A DNA stretch of 64,000 nucleotides from an uncultured delta proteobacterium. GTDB taxonomy: Bacteria > Desulfobacterota > Syntrophia > Syntrophales > UBA2185. Position numbers and translations under genes: made by a program. Under the pieces are notes generated by a model, which worked only from the letters and a program-made list of their open reading frames with translations, searched no databases and was not told the DNA's origin. The DNA lies in the NCBI GenBank assembly GCA_963729715.1, contig CAVSPA010000007.1:416001-480000 (forward strand), written 5' to 3'. This document shows, piece after piece, positions 58,762 through 64,000 of this stretch (its first letter is position 1; each line of letters opens with the position of its first letter).

Positions 58762-60114
58762 TCATTGTTTAGATATTTCTGAATTTCCGGGGTTTATCAA
58801 TAGAGTCATGCCCAGGATGCCATTTAGATAGCCCATCTCGTGATTATCACCATCTTGAAATTCTATTCCCGGATGAAGCGTTGTAATTGCCGCATGACCG
58901 ACTATCCTTCTCGTTTCTCTGCCTAAAAGATCCTTTGTTCTCACTCCCCACATATTATGGAAAACGAGGATATTGCCCTTATAGCTTCCAATATACAGCA
59001 TAATATGTCCCCTGCGCCATATCAATGTCAGATAAGGGATGCCCTGCTTCAGGATCATCGCTTCCTTTTCCTTCGGAGAAAGTTTCTCAAGGTTTATGAA
59101 CCTCCCGCCCTCTTTTGCCTGATCGGCCGAATGCCTCGGCAGCCAAAGCCCGAATGGTGCAAACAGATCCTTTGTCATAGCTGAACAGTCCCTGTTTTGA
59201 TACAAGCCGCCCCAGCCGTAAGGTTCGTTTATCAATTCGTTGGCAAGTTTAGCTATATTGGAATTGGTCAGTCTTAAGGGTTTTGAAGCCGCTCTATCTT
59301 TAGAAACGACGGCGCTTTTCGTAAATGCCTTGCCGTCTTGATCCGTCACGGCCACAAGCAGCTTGATATTTTTTGTATCGTCCCCAAGTTTGGGAAACAC
59401 CGAGCCTAAGGGGACCTTGAACAGAAACCGCCCTTCTTCGTCGTACACAGGAATTTTATCCTTTATGATAACTGCGTACCTGCCCGTCTCCCAAGCTTTC
59501 ACGAAATTGCCATCCACACGGGCTATATTTCTTGCCGATATCCAACCCACCGCATACGGCGTTTCCGCCAAAACCCAGGCCTTGTCCTTCGTCATGTGGG
59601 ATATGAAAACGGGCGTATTCGCCGCGACAGAAGACTCCTGGAGGCTATCAAAGGGAAATCCGCGATCTATATCGGCGTCATAGAAGCGGGGCTTATGCGT
59701 GGGCAAAACCCTCAAATCAGAATTATCAATGGTAATGGCCGCGAAGCATGCATTCGGATAATTCTCCAGTTGGGCATTGGCAGCGAGATCTCTCATCCAT
59801 GACATATCATGTTTTCTTCTATTTTCACCATAGCCCGGATTATCTCCGTATTTTTTGAATGCCGCTTCGACGGTCTCCCTGGAATAGGATGCCGTAACCC
59901 GATGCCAGGGGGAAAAAAATATGGAGTCATAATTGGCATCCATTTTTTTTTGATCATCAGCGGTTAAGAGCCCGCGATCAGAAGCGGTCTTATCTATATA
60001 GAACAGGTTGTCCTGCTTGAGGTCCCGGACTTCCCCGATCGTCGCAGGAGTTCCGGCACACGCAGATGTAAGTAAGATCAGGGCGAGCAAAATGGGGATA
60101 TTATTCAATCTCAT
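58762..60114 (-). CDS. NlpC/P60 plus SH3-domain cell-wall peptidase lipoprotein
   Basis: Lipobox LTSAC, PYGWGG...RDCSA, LPRHS, GHIMLYIG. Confidence 0.9.
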   Translation of the reverse strand: MRLNNIPILLALILLTSACAGTPATIGEVRDLKQDNLFYIDKTASDRGLLTADDQKKMDANYDSIFFSPWHRVTASYSRETVEAAFKKYGDNPGYGENRRKHDMSWMRDLAANAQLENYPNACFAAITIDNSDLRVLPTHKPRFYDADIDRGFPFDSLQESSVAANTPVFISHMTKDKAWVLAETPYAVGWISARNIARVDGNFVKAWETGRYAVIIKDKIPVYDEEGRFLFKVPLGSVFPKLGDDTKNIKLLVAVTDQDGKAFTKSAVVSKDRAASKPLRLTNSNIAKLANELINEPYGWGGLYQNRDCSAMTKDLFAPFGLWLPRHSADQAKEGGRFINLEKLSPKEKEAMILKQGIPYLTLIWRRGHIMLYIGSYKGNILVFHNMWGVRTKDLLGRETRRIVGHAAITTLHPGIEFQDGDNHEMGYLNGILGMTLLINPGNSEISKQ

Positions 60115-60312
60115 GTAACCAATGGACTCCAATTCTTATATTAGGTATTTTTTCTAAGGTATGCAATAGTTTTGTATGTCCCTCATATGTCAGTGTTCCG
60201 ACAAAAGAGTTTCTTATGGAATTTAGAAGAAAAGATTGGTATAAAAACAAAAGGGGTTGGAAAAAACAACTGCATAGCTTCATCCCGTTTAAAATGAAAG
60301 GAGGTAACGCGC

Positions 60313-60798
60313 GTGGTACCAACAGATCTACTCAAGAATTACAGCTTTTTCAAAGGCTTCACTGGTGAAGAGTTAAAGAAATTTGCAGATATTGCGACCG
60401 AGGCATCTTATAAGGCCGGTGTCCAGATATGGAAGAAGGGAGAATCCGCAGAAAATCTGTCCCTTTTGAAAGAGGGCAAGGTTCTCATGACAATGGATAC
60501 CTATGCGGGACCTACCAGACCGCCTATGCAGGTGACTGTAGATATTGTCACGAAGGGTGACGCCATGGGGTGGTCGGCAGTCGTTGAGCCTTACATCTAT
60601 ACCTTGGGAGCCCGATGCATCGATGATTCGCAAGTGATTAATTTTAATTCGGCGAAAGTGAAAGAGGTGTTAAACAGCGATAAGGCCTTAGGATTAAAAT
60701 TTATGCATGCAATTGCAAAAATAGTAGCTGCCCGTCTGACCCACACGGAGATCATACTGGTCGGTGAACGAGGCCTTTCTGTTTTGTCGGATGCTTGA
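60313..60798 (+). CDS. Stand-alone cyclic-nucleotide-binding domain protein
   Basis: FFKGFT.EEL, G..IWKKGE, GDAMGWSA, YTLGARC; GGAGG RBS; no HTH. Confidence 0.88.
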   Translation: MVPTDLLKNYSFFKGFTGEELKKFADIATEASYKAGVQIWKKGESAENLSLLKEGKVLMTMDTYAGPTRPPMQVTVDIVTKGDAMGWSAVVEPYIYTLGARCIDDSQVINFNSAKVKEVLNSDKALGLKFMHAIAKIVAARLTHTEIILVGERGLSVLSDA

Positions 60799-60814
60799 TG
60801 AGGGAGGAAACCTC

Positions 60815-61030
60815 ATGGCGGAGGAGATCATCATTTACGGCAAGGGGGGCTGACCGTTCACAGACCAGGCCCGGTTGGCCTATGGAGATAAGGCAAAGTA
60901 CGTAGATGTGAAATCTGATAATACACAATTGCAGGAGATGCTCAAACTTTCCGGCGGCCTCAGGCAAGTTCCCGTCATTCTGGAAAGTGGCAAGGTAAGA
61001 ATTGGCTACGGAGGCACCTGAGGCGTGTAA
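60815..61030 (+). CDS. Glutaredoxin-like UXX-star-type selenoprotein with two Sec codons (60851 and 61019)
   Basis: Absent from the ORF track. GGAGG RBS; MAEEIIIYGKGGUPFT...RQVPVILESGKVRIGYGGTUGV*; a hairpin starts 11 nt after each TGA. Confidence 0.88.
60865..60885 (+). promoter_or_regulatory. Candidate SECIS hairpin 1
   Basis: CCAGGCC-CGGTT-GGCCTATGG starting 11 nt after TGA 60851. Confidence 0.65.
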
Positions 61031-61032
61031 AA

Positions 61033-61049
61033 GCCGATCGGTGATCGGC
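61033..61049 (+). promoter_or_regulatory. Candidate SECIS hairpin 2, in the 3' UTR
   Basis: GCCGATC-GGT-GATCGGC starting 11 nt after TGA 61019. Confidence 0.7.
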
Positions 61050-61138
61050 CGCACCCAATATCGGGAATATCTCTTCGGCACAATTTGTTTTTCATTCTGA
61101 ATGTTCATTTCTTGTAAGAGGGAGGTTCAAGAGTAAAT

Positions 61139-62605
61139 ATGGTGAGTAAGTTACAGAGGCTCTTTATCTTCATTCCTTTTCTGATTTTGCTGCCCTTCAT
61201 GCTCATTGCAGACTTTCATTGCCTGCCCGCAGAACTGTGCGTCCATAAGGCCTTTGCCGTCCCGGCAGAAAGGGTCGTCAGGGAGCCGGTGTCTTTTGCC
61301 GATCTGGCGGAGAAATGGAGCCCTACGGTGGTAAATATCAGCACAACAACTATTGTCAAAGGCCGCGCGGGATCGCCTTTTGGAGACGATATGCCTTTCC
61401 AGAGGTTTTTCGGCGAGGACGACCACTTCAGAAGATTCTTTGAAGAGGCACCGCAAAGGGAATTTAAACAGAGAAGTCTTGGTTCAGGATTCATCATATC
61501 CAGCGACGGCTACATATTTACGAATAATCATGTTATCGAGAAAGCCGATAAGATAAAGGTGAAGCTTGCAGGCGGCAAGGAATATGACGCGGAAGTTAAA
61601 GGCAAAGATCCCACTACCGATATAGCCCTGATAAAGATAAAACCCGAGGGCAGCCTGCCTGTCGTTGAGTTCGGCGATTCTGATAAACTGAGGGTGGGTG
61701 ACTGGGTATTGGCCATCGGCAACCCTTTCGGTCTGGAACACACGGTCACAGCAGGAATTGTAAGCGCCAAGGGACGCGTCATAGGTTCGGGGCCGTATGA
61801 TAATTTTATACAAACTGACGCTTCCATAAATCCGGGCAACAGCGGCGGCCCTCTCTTCAATATGGGGGGCAAGGTCATCGGCATTAATACGGCCATCGTT
61901 GCTCAGGGGCACGGGATCGGATTTGCCATACCGATTAATACTGCAAAAAGTATTCTCGCCGACCTTAAAACGAAGGGCAGCGTTACCCGTGGCTGGTTGG
62001 GAATTTCCATACAGGATATCACGGAAGGCATTGCCGAAAATTTGAAGCTTAAGGACATGAAAGGCGCCCTCGTGGGCCATGTCTTCGAGGGCGATCCTGC
62101 TGACAAGGCCGGCATAAAAACAGGTGATATAATCATCGAAATAGCGGGGAAGAAGATTCAGAATTCTCACGAACTGATGATAATCGTTGCGGCCCTCACG
62201 GTCGGAGAGAAAATAACGGTGAAGATTTTGCGGGATGGGAAGGAAAAGACACTCTCCGCCGTAGTCGGTGAAAGGAAAGAGGAAAAAGAGATAGCCCGCA
62301 AAGGCAAGGCCCGTGAGTACTACGGCATGGCGGTCCAAGAAATCACCCCTGATATGGCAAAATATCTCGGTCTTTCCGGAAAGGGCGGGGTCATAATCTC
62401 GCAGATACGCGAAGGGAGCCCGGCCGATGACGCCGGGCTGAAGGTCCAGGATATAATTCTGCAGATCGACAGAGTGAAAATCTCCTCCATGAAAGATTTT
62501 CAGAGCGAGATCAAGAAGGAATCCCAGGAGGGGACCATTTTGCTTCTCATTAAGAGGGGCGAAATGAGCGTCTTTGTGACGCTGAGAAAGGGGGCAGCGA
62601 AGTAA
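61139..62605 (+). CDS. Do/DegQ-family serine endoprotease with two PDZ domains
   Basis: SLGSGFII, TNNHV, DIAL, QTDASINPGNSGGPL, RGWLG. Confidence 0.95.
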   Translation: MVSKLQRLFIFIPFLILLPFMLIADFHCLPAELCVHKAFAVPAERVVREPVSFADLAEKWSPTVVNISTTTIVKGRAGSPFGDDMPFQRFFGEDDHFRRFFEEAPQREFKQRSLGSGFIISSDGYIFTNNHVIEKADKIKVKLAGGKEYDAEVKGKDPTTDIALIKIKPEGSLPVVEFGDSDKLRVGDWVLAIGNPFGLEHTVTAGIVSAKGRVIGSGPYDNFIQTDASINPGNSGGPLFNMGGKVIGINTAIVAQGHGIGFAIPINTAKSILADLKTKGSVTRGWLGISIQDITEGIAENLKLKDMKGALVGHVFEGDPADKAGIKTGDIIIEIAGKKIQNSHELMIIVAALTVGEKITVKILRDGKEKTLSAVVGERKEEKEIARKGKAREYYGMAVQEITPDMAKYLGLSGKGGVIISQIREGSPADDAGLKVQDIILQIDRVKISSMKDFQSEIKKESQEGTILLLIKRGEMSVFVTLRKGAAK

Positions 62606-62728
62606 TCATCCTTATTATTGACATATCATTCACAAGCTGATAAATGAGCCTACCAATACCCGTTATCGTAATGATAATGCCATGGCTCGACCCGCGCATA
62701 GGGGACAATGAATTTTAGGAGGGGTGAA

Positions 62729-63277
62729 ATGAAATATCTTGTTCCCAAAAAGATTTTTTTTACAAAGGGTGTCGGCACACATAAGGATGAACTCCACTCG
62801 TTTGAGCGGGCCCTGAGGGAAGCAGACATAGAAAAATTCAACCTTGTTCAGGTATCGAGCATATTCCCGCCGCACTGCAAGATGGTATCAAAGACCCAGG
62901 GCCTGAAGGAAATGGTTCCCGGCGCTATGACTTTCTGTGTCATGAGCCGCTGCTGTAGCAATGAACCGAAGAGACTCCTCGCTGCGTCCGTTGGCTGCGC
63001 CGTCCCGGCCGACGTATCGTCTTACGGGTATATCAGCGAACACCATGCATTCGGTCAGACGGAGAAGCAGGCCGGTGATTATGCGGAAGACCTCGCCGCC
63101 GCCATGCTGGCATCCACGTTGGGCATTGACTTTGATGTCGATGAAAGCTGGGATGAGAAGAAGGAAATTTTCAAGATCAGCGGCAAGATAGTAAGGACGC
63201 GCAACGTGACCCAGTCTGCGATTGTAAAGAACTCCGGGTATACCACGGTCGTTGCCGCTGCTGTATTTGTTTTCTGA
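62729..63277 (+). CDS. pdaD: Pyruvoyl-dependent arginine decarboxylase
   Basis: [17 protein letters not shown] (Ser-Ser cleavage site), [17 protein letters not shown]. Confidence 0.92.
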   Translation: MKYLVPKKIFFTKGVGTHKDELHSFERALREADIEKFNLVQVSSIFPPHCKMVSKTQGLKEMVPGAMTFCVMSRCCSNEPKRLLAASVGCAVPADVSSYGYISEHHAFGQTEKQAGDYAEDLAAAMLASTLGIDFDVDESWDEKKEIFKISGKIVRTRNVTQSAIVKNSGYTTVVAAAVFVF

Positions 63278-63389
63278 ATCCTATTGCTAGCGCATCTGTT
63301 GTCGTAACCGTTTGAGCATCGCCTTTTTTACACCCTGTTGAGGTCAGATTTCCTGTTCGTCTTTTTTTGTAGCAATAGTTAGAACATCT

Positions 63390-64000
63390 ATGAAGAACAG
63401 GCCCACCAGTATTCTATTCAGCCCTTTTTTTATTTTCATCGTCGTCACTGCTTTGTCAATCCCATCAGCATGTCCCCCTGCCTCTGCCGCCAAATTCACT
63501 GATGATGACTTCCGGAAACAGCGTCTCTCCATGGTAAAAGAGCAGATTCTGGAAAGGGGCGTCAAAGACCGCAGTGTGCTGGAGGCGATTATGGCGGTGC
63601 CGCGCCATAAGTTCGTTTCGGAGAATTACTTAAACAGGGCCTATGACGACAGCCACGTGCCCATTGGATATGGACAGACCATCTCCCAGCCGTATATTGT
63701 GGCGTACATGACTGAAATTCTGAACCTGACTAAGAACAGCAGGGTTCTGGAAGTGGGCACGGGATAGGGCTACCAGGCCGCGATCCTTTCCCCCATCGTC
63801 AAGCATGTTTACACAATCGAAATTATCGCTGAACTGGCAAAGTCTGCTGCCGTCCTTCTGAAAGATTTGGGCTTCCATAATGTTGAAACGGCAATCGGCG
63901 ACGGCTACTACGGCTGGAATAAGTACGCACCGTTTGATGCCATCATCGTCACCGCAGCGGCAGGTCATATTCCACCGCCCCTCGTAGAACCGCTGAGGAA
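63390..64000 (+). pseudogene. pcm: Protein-L-isoaspartate O-methyltransferase with an in-frame TAG at 63765; runs off the window
   Basis: VPRHKFV, GQTISQPYIVA, LEVGTG*GYQAAIL, GDGYYGW, APFDAIIVTAA. Confidence 0.88.

Noticed and set aside
1..64000. Genome-wide TAG reassignment
   Set aside because: Many genes end at TAG at their expected C-termini (for example 2820, 17238, 32299, 33087, 41067, 52686).
1..64000. CRISPR array, tRNA, rRNA or a recognisable known riboswitch
   Set aside because: None recognised by eye. An Rfam or tRNAscan run would be needed to exclude them formally.

Overview
64 kb of a roughly 50% GC anaerobe chromosome. Gene content suggests a Syntrophales/Desulfobacterota-type syntroph (inference). 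Left to right: a KaiC2-type clock ATPase running off the left edge; a DDE/integrase-core IS with doubled terminal motifs; HD-GYP and PAS-kinase signalling genes; a stand-alone homolog of the eukaryotic-type glycogen debranching transferase; an IS1 InsA-like Zn-ribbon/HTH gene; an acetylene-hydratase-like molybdo/tungstoenzyme; a divergent isovalerate-type (liu-like) CoA degradation cluster with an AtoE-family transporter; an ADH/AOR/ferredoxin/glutaredoxin/FTR cluster; a decaying accessory stretch containing glgP; and housekeeping genes (truA, elbB, ADP-forming acyl-CoA synthetase, NlpC/P60, DegQ, pdaD, pcm) plus an unannotated two-Sec selenoprotein. Top candidates for something new: (1) a 32-33 bp AT-rich motif present three times, each ending on a -35-like TTG. 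One copy sits in front of a catalytically truncated IS1 InsA-like gene and two form a perfect inverted pair facing the two isovalerate operons, suggesting a domesticated transposase-derived regulator and its regulon. (2) A Leu/Val-rich leader-peptide attenuator candidate in front of the AtoE-family transporter. All calls come from reading motifs; no searches were run.
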